64,000 nucleotides of DNA from Candidatus Omnitrophota bacterium (GCA_043821705.1 JBDRCN010000035.1:43321-107320); one strand, 5' to 3'; shown: positions 28,681 through 38,865, numbered from the stretch's first letter. Notes: generated by a model from the letters alone, not told the origin. Program-made: numbers and translations.

Positions 28681-30056
28681 TATGTTTTGAACTGCATCTC
28701 CAACTCTCTGACGATCTCTTCCATCCTCATAGCGCGGGATCCTTTTACCAACACTGTATCTCCTTTCTTTATAAGCTCTGATACAGCTTCTGAAGCCTGC
28801 TTTGTAAGATTATAGAGCTTTATCTTTTTTTCGCTCATACCCGCTTCCTGAGCTCCTTTTGATATATGCTCAGCGAGTTTTCCTACTGCTACTATTAGGT
28901 CTACTCCTGATTCAGCTGCCTGTCTCCCTACTAGATGATGGAACCTTCCAGAGAACGTGCCTAATTCGAGCATATCTCCTGCTACTAATATCTTCCTTCC
29001 TTTAGTAGTCATATCTCTAAGCGCTTCTATGGCCTGCTTCATTGAAAGTGGATTAGAATTATAAGAGTCGTTTATGATCTTTATGTTAGCCAGATTTTTG
29101 ACCTCCATTCTCATATTCGGCACTCTAAACTCTCTAAGTGCTTCTTTTATATCATCAATAGTCACGCCATAATTCCAGGTAGCAGCTATTGCAGCAAGCG
29201 CATTATATACATTGTGGCGTCCTACAACACTTAGATTTATCTCATCTTTACCATTTAATCTGAAGTTTATACCATCAGCTTCTATATTTACCTTGTCTGC
29301 ATAAAAATCAAATTCTTTATCCAAGCCAAACTTTATTACCTTTAATTTAGTCTTGAGTTTTTTCAAGAGCTCATCATCCCCATTCAATATCACCTTAGAA
29401 TCCTTTGGCATATAATCCAATATCTCACATTTTGCCTTAAGCACTGTAGAAAGGTCATTAAGATATTCTAAGTGCGATGGTCCGATATTAGTTATAAGTG
29501 CCACTGTAGGATTAGCTATCTCTGAAAGTCTTCCTATCTCCCCTAGATGATTTGTTCCCATCTCCAGCACTGCAAATTTATGATTAGAATTGAGGCGCAT
29601 AAGAGTAATAGGTACCCCTATGTGGTTATTCTCTGTGCCATAATTTTTAAGTGTGCTGAATTTTTTATTGAGAATTGCTGCTATCATCTCTTTAGTGGTG
29701 GTCTTGCCATTAGAGCCAGTGATACCAATAAGAGGGATATTAAATCTCTTCCTATGGAAGCATGCTATATCTCCCAGTGCCTTCATGGTGTCTCTGGCAC
29801 ACATAAAAGACACATCAGTGCCTTTAAAATTAGACTTTACGACACAGCCTTCCTGTACTAGTACACCTCCAGCACCTTTACTGACCGCATCTAATATAAA
29901 ATTGTGGCCATTGAACCTCTCACCTTTTAATGCCACGAACAAGTCTCCGTTTTTAATGCGGCGGGTATCTGTCGAGACACCAGTCAACATGGTGTTCTCA
30001 TTGCCAGAAAGCAAGACACCTTCAGTTGAAACCAATACATCATTTACTGTGAACAT
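28680..30056 (-). CDS. murF: UDP-MurNAc-tripeptide--D-Ala-D-Ala ligase
   Basis: TGSNGKTTTKE, NDSYNSNP, GDMLELG, KGSR. Confidence 0.98.
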   Translation of the reverse strand: MFTVNDVLVSTEGVLLSGNENTMLTGVSTDTRRIKNGDLFVALKGERFNGHNFILDAVSKGAGGVLVQEGCVVKSNFKGTDVSFMCARDTMKALGDIACFHRKRFNIPLIGITGSNGKTTTKEMIAAILNKKFSTLKNYGTENNHIGVPITLMRLNSNHKFAVLEMGTNHLGEIGRLSEIANPTVALITNIGPSHLEYLNDLSTVLKAKCEILDYMPKDSKVILNGDDELLKKLKTKLKVIKFGLDKEFDFYADKVNIEADGINFRLNGKDEINLSVVGRHNVYNALAAIAATWNYGVTIDDIKEALREFRVPNMRMEVKNLANIKIINDSYNSNPLSMKQAIEALRDMTTKGRKILVAGDMLELGTFSGRFHHLVGRQAAESGVDLIVAVGKLAEHISKGAQEAGMSEKKIKLYNLTKQASEAVSELIKKGDTVLVKGSRAMRMEEIVRELEMQFKT

Positions 30057-31528
30057 AAATTCCTCCTTACTGTTTCCCTATCATCAAAGGGAAGAGTATT
30101 ATTTTTAAAGACCTGGTATGTTTCATGCCCTTTGCCAGCTACTAAGACGATATCGCCTTTTTTAGCTTCTTCCAGCGCTATGCTTATAGCATTGGCCCTA
30201 TCTATCTCAACTATATAATTATTTTTATTGTTTTTTATGCCTTTTATGATCTCTCTGATGATCTCCATAGGTTCTTCGCTTCTAGGATTATCACTTGTCA
30301 AGATCACTTTATCAGAAAGCTCTGATGATACCTTGCCCATATTAGGCCTTTTATGCTTGTCCCTGTCACCTCCGCACCCAAAAATAGTTATGAGCCTCTT
30401 TGGATTTAATTCCCTCAGTGACTCTAGCACATTCTGCAGTCCATTTTCTGTATGAGCATAATCTACGAATACCAAAAAATCCTGTCCGCAATCTATCCTC
30501 TCAAGCCTTCCAGGAAGGGTTTCGAGGGCCTCGATACCTTTTTTTATCTCTTCCAAGCTCGTCTCTAAGGCTATGCCGCATGCAAAACTTGCCAGGATAT
30601 TATATACATTATGACGGCCTATTAACTTTGAGATGATCTTGGTAGTCTCTTTATCTGTATGGACTGTGAACTCCAGGCCATTAAAAGAAGTATTCAGGTT
30701 AGAAGCATATACATCCTTACCTTTATCTATGCCATAAGTAATGATCTTAATGCCAGTATCTGAACTTAGATCATCTACGATCCTTCGGCCATATTCATCG
30801 TCTAGGTTGATAACAGCCTTACCGCCTGTCTTTAGTTTCTTGAAAAGCTTTAGCTTTGACCTGAAATAATCCTCCATATCCTTATGATAATCCAGATGCT
30901 CCCTTGTAAGATTTGTAAATATTGCTACATCAAAAAATATACCATCCAGCCTGCCCTGAGCCAGAGAATGGCTAGATGCTTCCAGTACTGCATTAGTTAT
31001 ATCCTGCTTCTTCATGCTGCTTAATAAATAATACATGTCTAATATCCCTGGAGTGGTGTTAAATGCTGGTATGAGACGGTCCCCAAATCTATAATTAACA
31101 GTACCTATTACACCTATCTCTTTAGAATTAGACTTAAATAAACTCTCCACTAGATATGTAATGGTTGTCTTTCCATTAGTACCGCTCACTCCGATAAGGT
31201 CCATGCTTTTAGAGACATCCCCGTAAAACACCTTACATAACTGAGGCAGGACATTCTTTATTGACCTTACATATAAAAACGTCTTTCCTTTTCGGGGAGC
31301 TATGATCTTGTCCTTTGAAGATTCCAATATCACTGCGCTCACGCCTCTATCAATAGCCTCATCAATGAAATCCCTTCCATCAAATCTATTTCCCTTTAAA
31401 GCAATAAAGATATGACCTTCTTTAACTGTCTTTGAATCGCACGTTATGCCTGTTATATCCAAAGAAAGTTTTCCTTCTATGCTGTCGATATCATTATCTA
31501 TATTTCTTGCGATCATATTCAATCTCAT
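30044..31528 (-). CDS. murE: UDP-MurNAc-dipeptide--meso-DAP ligase
   Basis: GTNGKTT, VDYAHT, FGCGGDRD, DNPR (DAP-type), AGKGHE. Confidence 0.98.
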   Translation of the reverse strand: MRLNMIARNIDNDIDSIEGKLSLDITGITCDSKTVKEGHIFIALKGNRFDGRDFIDEAIDRGVSAVILESSKDKIIAPRKGKTFLYVRSIKNVLPQLCKVFYGDVSKSMDLIGVSGTNGKTTITYLVESLFKSNSKEIGVIGTVNYRFGDRLIPAFNTTPGILDMYYLLSSMKKQDITNAVLEASSHSLAQGRLDGIFFDVAIFTNLTREHLDYHKDMEDYFRSKLKLFKKLKTGGKAVINLDDEYGRRIVDDLSSDTGIKIITYGIDKGKDVYASNLNTSFNGLEFTVHTDKETTKIISKLIGRHNVYNILASFACGIALETSLEEIKKGIEALETLPGRLERIDCGQDFLVFVDYAHTENGLQNVLESLRELNPKRLITIFGCGGDRDKHKRPNMGKVSSELSDKVILTSDNPRSEEPMEIIREIIKGIKNNKNNYIVEIDRANAISIALEEAKKGDIVLVAGKGHETYQVFKNNTLPFDDRETVRRNLCSQ

Positions 31529-33216
31529 GTCTCTATCCCTACTTGTTTTTCTATCTTATAGTAACGCATTAATTCTTCTGCTACATTCTTGAATACTGGA
31601 GCGCAGACCGTGCCTCCATAATACTGAGGCCTGGGCTCATCCAATATCACCACTGTTACGAACTTAGGGTCATCATAAGGCAATAGACCTATGAAAGAAG
31701 CTGTGTATTTACTATGAGAATAGGTACCGTTCGGTTCTATCTTCTGCGCTGTGCCAGTCTTGCCTGCTGGAAAATATCCTTCGATCTCAGCTTTTTTAGC
31801 AGTGCCTTCTTCGACTACTCCGCGCAATATTCTCCTTAGCTTCATAGCGGATTCTTCTGACATGACCCTATGCCTCTTTTCTACCTCAAATCTCTCCAAT
31901 ACATTGCCGCTTTTATCCTGGATCCTGTCGATTATCCTAGGCCTTACATAACATCCACCATTCGCTACGCTGGACAATGCGCATGCAAGTTGCATTGCTG
32001 TTACAGTGATCTCCTGCCCCATTGAGATGCTGCATAAGGACAGCTTAGACCATTGATCAGGGCTCCTTGAGATACCTTCTACTTCACCTGGTAAGTCAAT
32101 ATCCGTCTTCTTGCCAAAACCAAATCTCTTAATATACCTATATAATCTAGTCTCTCCTAACTTTAACGCGACCTTCATAGTTCCAATATTTGAAGAATAT
32201 TTTATAATATCCTTAAAAGCTAACCAACCGTGTGGTTTAGTGTCATGATAGGTATGCTTGGTCCATTTGAATTCTCCGTTTTCACAAAATATCTCATCAT
32301 CAAGGCCGATCATATTCTCTTCTATTGCTGCAGAAGCTGTAACTATCTTAAAACTTGACCCAGGTTCAAAAAAATCACTTATTGCTCTATTTCTCCTGTT
32401 CTCAACAGGATATCCATTTACATTATTAAGGTCATAAGTAGGCCTATTAGCAAGTGCGATCACATCTCCTGTATAAGGATCCATAACGATCACTGAACCG
32501 CCATCTGCATTATATTTTGTAACTGCTTTATCTAATTCACGTTCTGCTACAGACTGTATCATGCTGTCAATAGTAAGTACTATATCATTGCCATCAGCAG
32601 GAGGGATCTCCTTGTATTCATAACCATGCACTTCTCTTCTTTTAGCATCCCTTATTGTATATATCCACCCTATAGTCCCTTTTAGATGCTTATCAAACTT
32701 AAGCTCCAGCCCCTCGAGTCCCTCATTATCAAGGCCTACAAATCCTATCACATGGCTTAGAAGCATACCATGTGGATAAGCTCTATTTGACTCCTTTATA
32801 AAACCTACACCTTTAATATTAAGGCGTCTCAGGGCCCTTTCGATCTCAGGCTCTACTTTTCTAGTGAGCCAGATAAAGCGTTTTTTCTGATCCAGTTTCT
32901 CTAATATATCTTTTTCTTCCAACCCCAGCACTCCAGCTATATCCCTGGCTGCTTTATCCTTATCCTCCACTATAAAAGGATCCAGGAATACAGAGCTAAG
33001 GTTTATAGATACAGCTAGTTTTCTAAGGTTAGAATCATATATAATGCCTCTTCTTGGGAGTATTGAAGCAAATGTCTTATATTGATCCGAAGCAAGCTTG
33101 GATAAGGCATTAGCTGATCCTAATTGTACAGATAAAAGTCTTACAGAAAGAAGTGCGAAAAATATTAATAAAGTGTATAGTACTTTTCTTGTTCGAGGGG
33201 TGACTACTCTGTGCAC
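31525..33216 (-). CDS. ftsI: Class B penicillin-binding protein (PBP3/FtsI)
   Basis: EPGSSFK (SxxK), SSN, KTGTAQ. Confidence 0.95.
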   Translation of the reverse strand: MHRVVTPRTRKVLYTLLIFFALLSVRLLSVQLGSANALSKLASDQYKTFASILPRRGIIYDSNLRKLAVSINLSSVFLDPFIVEDKDKAARDIAGVLGLEEKDILEKLDQKKRFIWLTRKVEPEIERALRRLNIKGVGFIKESNRAYPHGMLLSHVIGFVGLDNEGLEGLELKFDKHLKGTIGWIYTIRDAKRREVHGYEYKEIPPADGNDIVLTIDSMIQSVAERELDKAVTKYNADGGSVIVMDPYTGDVIALANRPTYDLNNVNGYPVENRRNRAISDFFEPGSSFKIVTASAAIEENMIGLDDEIFCENGEFKWTKHTYHDTKPHGWLAFKDIIKYSSNIGTMKVALKLGETRLYRYIKRFGFGKKTDIDLPGEVEGISRSPDQWSKLSLCSISMGQEITVTAMQLACALSSVANGGCYVRPRIIDRIQDKSGNVLERFEVEKRHRVMSEESAMKLRRILRGVVEEGTAKKAEIEGYFPAGKTGTAQKIEPNGTYSHSKYTASFIGLLPYDDPKFVTVVILDEPRPQYYGGTVCAPVFKNVAEELMRYYKIEKQVGIET

Positions 33217-33280
33217 AACAAGTTCCTCAATTTTTAATTATATATAGTATATTACGAGGTAGATTAATTATAAAATTATA

Positions 33281-33664
33281 TTAAAAACTATTAATGTTCG
33301 GGCTGGCCTCTGCTTCCCGACCTAAACTTAACAGATTGGCAAAGAGACCTCTTTTTACTGCAATCGTCCTAGCAAACTTCTCTGGGGAATCCTTCAGTCT
33401 GACTACCTGCCACTTGTGGGGCATATTCATTTCCACCTTTTTGGCTAAAAGTTTTGCCTCGAGGTTAACAGGTGATTTCAAATTAAGAACATTATATACT
33501 AAAATCCTATTCTGGTCAACAAGCTTTGAGTATATATTAGCATTCTCTTTTACTTTTAAACCCATCTGGTAGACAAGGACCTGCTGATTGACATACATGA
33601 TAGCAACTATTGTTAAAAGAACGATCAGGATCATTATATTATGTATTTTTAATATAGATCTCAT
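33281..33664 (-). CDS. ftsL: FtsL-like cell division protein
   Basis: Single TM plus coiled coil ending LKSP; between rsmH and ftsI. Confidence 0.7.
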   Translation of the reverse strand: MRSILKIHNIMILIVLLTIVAIMYVNQQVLVYQMGLKVKENANIYSKLVDQNRILVYNVLNLKSPVNLEAKLLAKKVEMNMPHKWQVVRLKDSPEKFARTIAVKRGLFANLLSLGREAEASPNINSF

Positions 33665-34560
33665 GCTATCCTTTCTGCCACTCTAAGCTTAGCACTTCTG
33701 GCCCTGGGATTCCTTTTCAATTCTTCTTCTCCTGGTGTAATAGGTTTTTTTACGACATTGCGAAAAATTCCTGAAGACTTGAACTCTTTAAAGATAGTCT
33801 TGGCTATTCTATCTTCCAAAGAGTGAAAAGATATTACGCTTACTCTGCCTCCTTTCTTTAGTATGTGCGGTGTGTATCTAAGTGCTGTTTCTATAGAACT
33901 AAGTTCATTGTTTACCTTGATCCGGATCGCCTGAAATACCCTGGTTGCTGGATGTATGCGCTCTCTTTTATTCTTGAAAGGCATGCTTCGTAAGACAATG
34001 TCAGCTAACTGTGCTGTCTCAGTTATCCTTTTCTTGCTTCTATAGTAAACGATCGACTTTGCTATCCTTCTATAGAAACGCTCTTCTCCTAAATCCTTAA
34101 AGATCTTTCCTAATTCTAATTCTGAAAACCCATTTACGATCTCTTCTGCATTAAGGCGTTGGTCTTTATCCATACGCATATCTAACGGACCATTATGTTT
34201 TATACTGAATCCTCTAGCCTCACTTTCCATCTGTAGGCTAGATATCCCGAGATCAAATAAGATCCCGTCCACTTCCCCTAACTTCAATCTATCGACAACT
34301 TCCTTAAGGTTCCTAAAATCTTCTTTTATTAATTCAAATGAGCCTTTATACTCGGCAAGCCTGTTTCTAGCTATCTCTAATGCTTCTTTATCCCTATCGA
34401 TTCCTATGAGCCTACCTTTGGGGTGAATGATCCTTAATATCTCTTCTGAATGACCTGCTGCTCCGACTGTGGCATCAATTACTGTCTTCCCTGGTGAAAG
34501 ATTTAAAAGATCAATGCTCTCTCTAAGTAAAACGCTCTTATGCAAAAAGCTTTCTTCCAT
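33661..34560 (-). CDS. rsmH: 16S rRNA C1402 methyltransferase
   Basis: DATVGAAGH, DLGISS, PLDMRM, FHSLED, NPRARSAKLR. Confidence 0.99.
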   Translation of the reverse strand: MEESFLHKSVLLRESIDLLNLSPGKTVIDATVGAAGHSEEILRIIHPKGRLIGIDRDKEALEIARNRLAEYKGSFELIKEDFRNLKEVVDRLKLGEVDGILFDLGISSLQMESEARGFSIKHNGPLDMRMDKDQRLNAEEIVNGFSELELGKIFKDLGEERFYRRIAKSIVYYRSKKRITETAQLADIVLRSMPFKNKRERIHPATRVFQAIRIKVNNELSSIETALRYTPHILKKGGRVSVISFHSLEDRIAKTIFKEFKSSGIFRNVVKKPITPGEEELKRNPRARSAKLRVAERIA

Positions 34561-34720
34561 TAGAACTCTTTAATATCTTGTATATTTCCCTGCTTACATG
34601 GCAACACGTATTGTCTACATTAAGCTTCCTCGTCTTCCTTATACATTCTATTGGAATACTGTCAAATACTCCGGGCTCCAATCTTCTCTGTCTTGAAAAA
34701 CTATTGTTACGAGAATGCAT
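34538..34720 (-). CDS. Possible small protein between mraZ and rsmH
   Basis: 60-aa ORF with AAGGAGG 4 nt before ATG, overlapping rsmH start; no known motif. Confidence 0.35.
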   Translation of the reverse strand: MHSRNNSFSRQRRLEPGVFDSIPIECIRKTRKLNVDNTCCHVSREIYKILKSSNGRKLFA

Positions 34721-34732
34721 GATACCTCCTTG

Positions 34733-35173
34733 TTATCCCAGATCTATTAATTTTTCAGCTATCTCTTCGAAATTTTCCTTTGATGTTGAATAATATTCTA
34801 ACCACTTCTCTTTTGACCATATCTCTATCCTGTTTGATACCCCGATGATGAACACGTTCTTTTTTATATCAGCATATTCTTTTAAATAATTCGGTAAAAG
34901 TATCCTCCCTTGTTTGTCAGGTACCAAGTCACACGCGCCTGAAAAATACAACCTATTGAACCGCCTGTATTCTGACTTTGTGAATGACATTGCCTTGAAT
35001 TTCTGCTCCTGAAGTTTCCACTCATCTTCAGCAAACATAAATAAACATTTATCCAGGCCTCTTGTGAGAAAGAACCTTTCTATATAATGATCTTTCAATG
35101 CATCCCTGAACTTAGAAGGAATTATCAGTCTTCCTTTTCTATCCAGTGTATGATCAAATTCTCCGTAAAACAT
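34733..35173 (-). CDS. mraZ: Transcriptional regulator MraZ
   Basis: DRKGRLIIP and DKQGRILLP repeats, IEIW. Confidence 0.98.
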   Translation of the reverse strand: MFYGEFDHTLDRKGRLIIPSKFRDALKDHYIERFFLTRGLDKCLFMFAEDEWKLQEQKFKAMSFTKSEYRRFNRLYFSGACDLVPDKQGRILLPNYLKEYADIKKNVFIIGVSNRIEIWSKEKWLEYYSTSKENFEEIAEKLIDLG

Positions 35174-35177
35174 CTAT

Positions 35178-35246
35178 TCCTCCACTTTACTCCACTTCTC
35201 ACCACTCTGTAGTTTAAAGTTTACACGAATAGAAAAACCCTGTCAA
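35178..35246 (-). promoter_or_regulatory. dcw promoter with three MraZ boxes
   Basis: TTGACA(35246-41)-17 bp-TAAACT, then AGTGG repeated at 10-bp period before the mraZ start. Confidence 0.85.
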
Positions 35247-35306
35247 GATAAAATTCAATCTTTTTTAACTTATACTATATGATGGGGTTACATCAAGGCC
35301 TGTATG

Positions 35307-36227
35307 CTAAATATAGGGGGTTTGTTTGGCGTGCGATATATCTTTTTTTATCTGTGTTTTCAATGCTTCAGCATTTTTAAATCTTAATTCATTTCTTAAT
35401 TTTTTTATGAACATTATTTCTACGTCTTTACCATATACATTTTTTTTAAAATCTAATATATGTAATTCTATTGTAGGTTCAATATCCTTCATAAATGTCG
35501 GCCTAGTACCTATATTTAGAACTCCTCTATAAAGTGATTTATTCAACAGGACATCTACGGCATACACCCCGCTCGGAGGAATGGATTCATGGTGCGGATT
35601 TATATTTGCAGTCGGAAAACCTAAGTCCCTTCCTACTCTTCTTCCTTTAACGACTGTACCAAAAACTGTGACCTTCCTTCCAAGGAGGATCTCAGCGTCT
35701 TTAAGTGTTCCTTTTTCTATTAGCTTGCGTATTCTTGTGCTGGAAACATATCTTTTATTTTTCTTAACATCGTCTATGCCATAGACGATGAATGAACAGG
35801 ATTTGCCTATTTTTTTTAGTAGCGAAAAATCTCCTTTCTTTTTATTGCCGAATAAAAAATCTTTTCCTACTACCATCCCTTTTAGATTAAAATGTTTTAG
35901 TAAAATATGTTCTATAAATTGCACAGCATCCATCCTGGCAAGGCCCTTAGTAAACTTTAAGGCTAGAAAATAATCTATCCCTATCTTTTCTATGATATTT
36001 TTTTTATGTTCTATAGATGTTAGGAAAGGTATTGTTATATCAGGATCGAGGACTTTTCTGGGATGAGGATAGAATGTTATGACCAGGCTCTTCGCATCAA
36101 GCTCTTTTGTAACCTTGACTAGTTTTTTTAAGATCTTCTGATGGCCTAGATGCACTCCGTCAAAAATTCCTATAGAGACACAGACCTTTTTTGATCTAGA
36201 TATGTCGGATATCTTCTTTATTAACAT
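35307..36227 (-). CDS. ribF: Bifunctional riboflavin kinase/FAD synthetase
   Basis: GIFDGVHLGH, SSTRIR, GFPTAN, NIGTRPT. Confidence 0.98.
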   Translation of the reverse strand: MLIKKISDISRSKKVCVSIGIFDGVHLGHQKILKKLVKVTKELDAKSLVITFYPHPRKVLDPDITIPFLTSIEHKKNIIEKIGIDYFLALKFTKGLARMDAVQFIEHILLKHFNLKGMVVGKDFLFGNKKKGDFSLLKKIGKSCSFIVYGIDDVKKNKRYVSSTRIRKLIEKGTLKDAEILLGRKVTVFGTVVKGRRVGRDLGFPTANINPHHESIPPSGVYAVDVLLNKSLYRGVLNIGTRPTFMKDIEPTIELHILDFKKNVYGKDVEIMFIKKLRNELRFKNAEALKTQIKKDISHAKQTPYI

Positions 36228-36852
36228 TGTCTAATATGAAAGCATCTTTTAGATTAAATCTCCCTGATCTTGTACGTCTTAAGCTGGACATATGAGCAGG
36301 ATAACCTAATCTTTTACCAATATCCTCGCATAAGGTCCTGATGTAAGTACCTTTTGAACAGACCACGCGAAAACTTATATCTGGTAATCTATGTTCTAAT
36401 ATCTCAATATCATGTATTACTATTTTCGAAGGACACCTAGCTACTACCTTGCCGCGCCTGGCAAGTTTATAAAGTTTAATACCTTTATGTTTTTTTGCAG
36501 ATGTCATAGGAGGTATCTGGAGGTATTCTCCTAAAAAACTATTGAATGTCTCTTCTATAATATCCTTATCTATATTATCTACTGGTTTCTCTTCTACTAT
36601 CTTGCCTGTAGAATCCTGCGTATCAGTAGACTTCCCTAAAGAAAGCGTAGCTATGTATTCTTTATCATCCTGTATCAGGGAGCTACAGAGCTTTGTAGCT
36701 TTTCCAATAAGAAGTACCAATACCCCTGTTGCCATAGGATCCAGCGTGCCTGCGTGGCCTACTTTCTTTACCTTGAACCTCTTCCTTATAACACTTACTA
36801 TTGTATGAGAAGTAAGGCCTTTGGGTTTATCTATCAGTAGTATTCCATCCAT
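36196..36852 (-). CDS. truB: tRNA pseudouridine(55) synthase (short form)
   Basis: KVGHAGTLDP, CSKGTYIR, LRRTRSG. Confidence 0.97.
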   Translation of the reverse strand: MDGILLIDKPKGLTSHTIVSVIRKRFKVKKVGHAGTLDPMATGVLVLLIGKATKLCSSLIQDDKEYIATLSLGKSTDTQDSTGKIVEEKPVDNIDKDIIEETFNSFLGEYLQIPPMTSAKKHKGIKLYKLARRGKVVARCPSKIVIHDIEILEHRLPDISFRVVCSKGTYIRTLCEDIGKRLGYPAHMSSLRRTRSGRFNLKDAFILDNVNKEDIRHI

Positions 36853-36863
36853 TGATTATCCTT

Positions 36864-37160
36864 GCTAATCCTGGCAAGCGTAAAGAAACAACGCTTGTCT
36901 GCCCCAGCGTGGCAGACTTCGCTCGATGCTGCTTCTCGCTCGTCTTTCTGACTGAGGAGGCCTGAAAAAACCTCTTTATTTTGCGAAACAAAAGATCCTG
37001 CCTCACCTACATACTGCCTGTCAAAATAAAATGGAGTGAGGCCCCACATCTACAAATTTCTAACACTGGGCCGAACGATTTTTGAAGGCTCTCCTTAGGA
37101 AGAAAGACACCGTGCCCGCTCGAACCAGCAACGTTTTTCTTTACGCTTGCCAGGCTTAGC
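36864..37160. repeat. Structured repeat family 1, copy 2 (expanded)
   Basis: ~32-bp terminal IR; GTCTGCC-CCAGCGT-GGCAGAC hairpin; CTTCTCGCTC...ACCGTGCCCGCTCGAAC core; long inner stem. Confidence 0.9.
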
Positions 37161-37168
37161 TATGAAAT

Positions 37169-38134
37169 TCATTTGTTAGTCATCTTAATAGCCTTATCGA
37201 TGACTTTCTTTTCTACAGCTTTTAATTTACCGAAGACAGTCGCGCCACTTGCTGTCTTATGGCCTCCACCCTGAAAACCTGATGCCAGTTTATTTACATC
37301 TACTTTACCTTTTGAACGAAAGCTCACCTTTACCCTGTCCTTTGTCCCAGTCTCCCTGAAGAATATTGCTACTTCTACGCCTTTCAATGACCTGGCAAAA
37401 TTTATTATTCCCTCAGTGCCTTCGAGAGAGGCCTTTGTCTTCTTTAGCATCTTCTTCGTGACCCAGAGCCATGCTATTTTTTTATTTTCCGAGACCTTAA
37501 GTGTCTTTAGGGCTTCTGCTAGAAGATCTGTATCTTCGACAGTGCTGGATTCATAGATATTCGTATATATCTCATATGGCTTGATGCCTTTTTCAATAAG
37601 TTTACTGATGGCCTTGTGTGTCTTTGAAGAAGTATTGCTATATTTGAAAGAACCCGTATCTGTCATAATAGCCACGTACATGGCTAGTGCTGCATCATGA
37701 TCTATTTTTACCTTGCAGGCTTCGAATAATCTGAATATCATTTCACCTACACTTGAAGATCCTGCATCTACCCAATTATATTTTCCAAAACCTTCATTAG
37801 AAACATGGTGATCAATATTGATAATGACCTTGTCCTTGGAGATATATTTAGCTACAGTCCCTATCCTTGAGAAATCAGGGCAATCCAGGACTAAAACAGC
37901 ATCAAAATCAAAGCCATCCGGGATCTCTTTTAATATCTCTTCTGAACCGCTTATAAATTGGAGCGTATTAGGAACATGGCTTTCATTTACTATCAATGCT
38001 TCTTTACCCATTTTACTGAGTAGCACCTTTAACGCGATCTGGCTTCCAATAGAATCGCCTTCAGGATTTATGTGAGCTGTTATAAGAAAACTACTAAATC
38101 TTTTTATCGCATTACTGATCGTTCTTTCGCTCAT
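37169..38134 (-). CDS. nrnA: DHH-family oligoribonuclease/PAP phosphatase
   Basis: HINPEGDSIGS, NIDHH, DTGSF, GGGH. Confidence 0.93.
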   Translation of the reverse strand: MSERTISNAIKRFSSFLITAHINPEGDSIGSQIALKVLLSKMGKEALIVNESHVPNTLQFISGSEEILKEIPDGFDFDAVLVLDCPDFSRIGTVAKYISKDKVIINIDHHVSNEGFGKYNWVDAGSSSVGEMIFRLFEACKVKIDHDAALAMYVAIMTDTGSFKYSNTSSKTHKAISKLIEKGIKPYEIYTNIYESSTVEDTDLLAEALKTLKVSENKKIAWLWVTKKMLKKTKASLEGTEGIINFARSLKGVEVAIFFRETGTKDRVKVSFRSKGKVDVNKLASGFQGGGHKTASGATVFGKLKAVEKKVIDKAIKMTNK

Positions 38135-38468
38135 CTCTTATCCTTTCAAATGTCTTCTCTAGATCAATACTGTATTCTATTGATCTATCAAATATAAAAG
38201 TAAGTTCTGGTACGTATTTTAATTGTAACCTTTCCCCGATAAGCTTTCTTATGTATTTAGATGCGCTTTGTATTCCTTCTTCACACTCTTCCTTGTTAGC
38301 ATCTTCACCTATCATGCTAAAATAGACCTTTGCATGCCTGAGGTCTCCTGTCAGGTCGATCCTGGTTATTGTTACGAAACCTACGCGAGGATCTTTTAGA
38401 TCATCACGCAATATGATAGACAACTCCTTTTTTAATTCTCCCTTCACCCTCTCTGAACGTATGCCCAT
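38112..38468 (-). CDS. rbfA: Ribosome-binding factor A
   Basis: LKDPRVGFVTIT, DLRHAKVY, PELTFIFD; true start ATG 38468 after AAGGAG. Confidence 0.97.
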   Translation of the reverse strand: MGIRSERVKGELKKELSIILRDDLKDPRVGFVTITRIDLTGDLRHAKVYFSMIGEDANKEECEEGIQSASKYIRKLIGERLQLKYVPELTFIFDRSIEYSIDLEKTFERIRDERKNDQ

Positions 38469-38504
38469 GTTCTCTCTCCTTAAGTTAATTTCTAATCTAT
38501 TAAT

Positions 38505-38625
38505 TAGGAGCGGGTCCCCTCCTACGCTAAAGCTTCGGAGGGCAGGCTGTCCGTGATTCACCCCGTAAGTGCTCGGCATTTGCCTGCGCGCTTACAGGGA
38601 CCCCAATCGCGGCCACCCGCTACTA
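38505..38625 (-). repeat. Rod-hairpin repeat family 2, copy A, with a 30-bp insert at 38517-38546
   Basis: Aligns with 58151-58232 and reverse complement of 60455-60540. Confidence 0.9.
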
Positions 38626-38662
38626 TAGCATATATAGATCAATGAACAACTAATAAATTTTA

Positions 38663-38865
38663 TGTCTTAGGGTTTCCCGGGAGTCTATGCGGCGCATCAG
38701 GAACATAGCGGCATCCCGTAATATTCAAGCACGAAGTGTTCAAGGCTTTAGAGCGAGATCGAGCCTAACTAAAGGCGAAAGCTCGATTCGTAGAGCGAGC
38801 TCTAAACCGTAGAACACGGCGCGGTGTTCCAGCGCCGTATAGAACTCCTGGGGAGCTCTAGGACA
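38663..38865 (+). ncRNA. Putative ~200-nt structured RNA or element
   Basis: ~33-bp closing stem whose six mismatches are all G-U on the + strand; nested inner stems. Confidence 0.55.

Noticed and set aside
36834-37049. 71-aa minus-strand ORF
   Set aside because: Lies within structured repeat family 1 copy 2, with no RBS or protein features
38469-38579. N-terminal extension of RbfA in the ORF track
   Set aside because: Read-through of repeat DNA; the real RBS and ATG are at 38468
38756-38790. Possible hammerhead ribozyme (stem followed by CGAAA)
   Set aside because: No CUGANGA core at the required position
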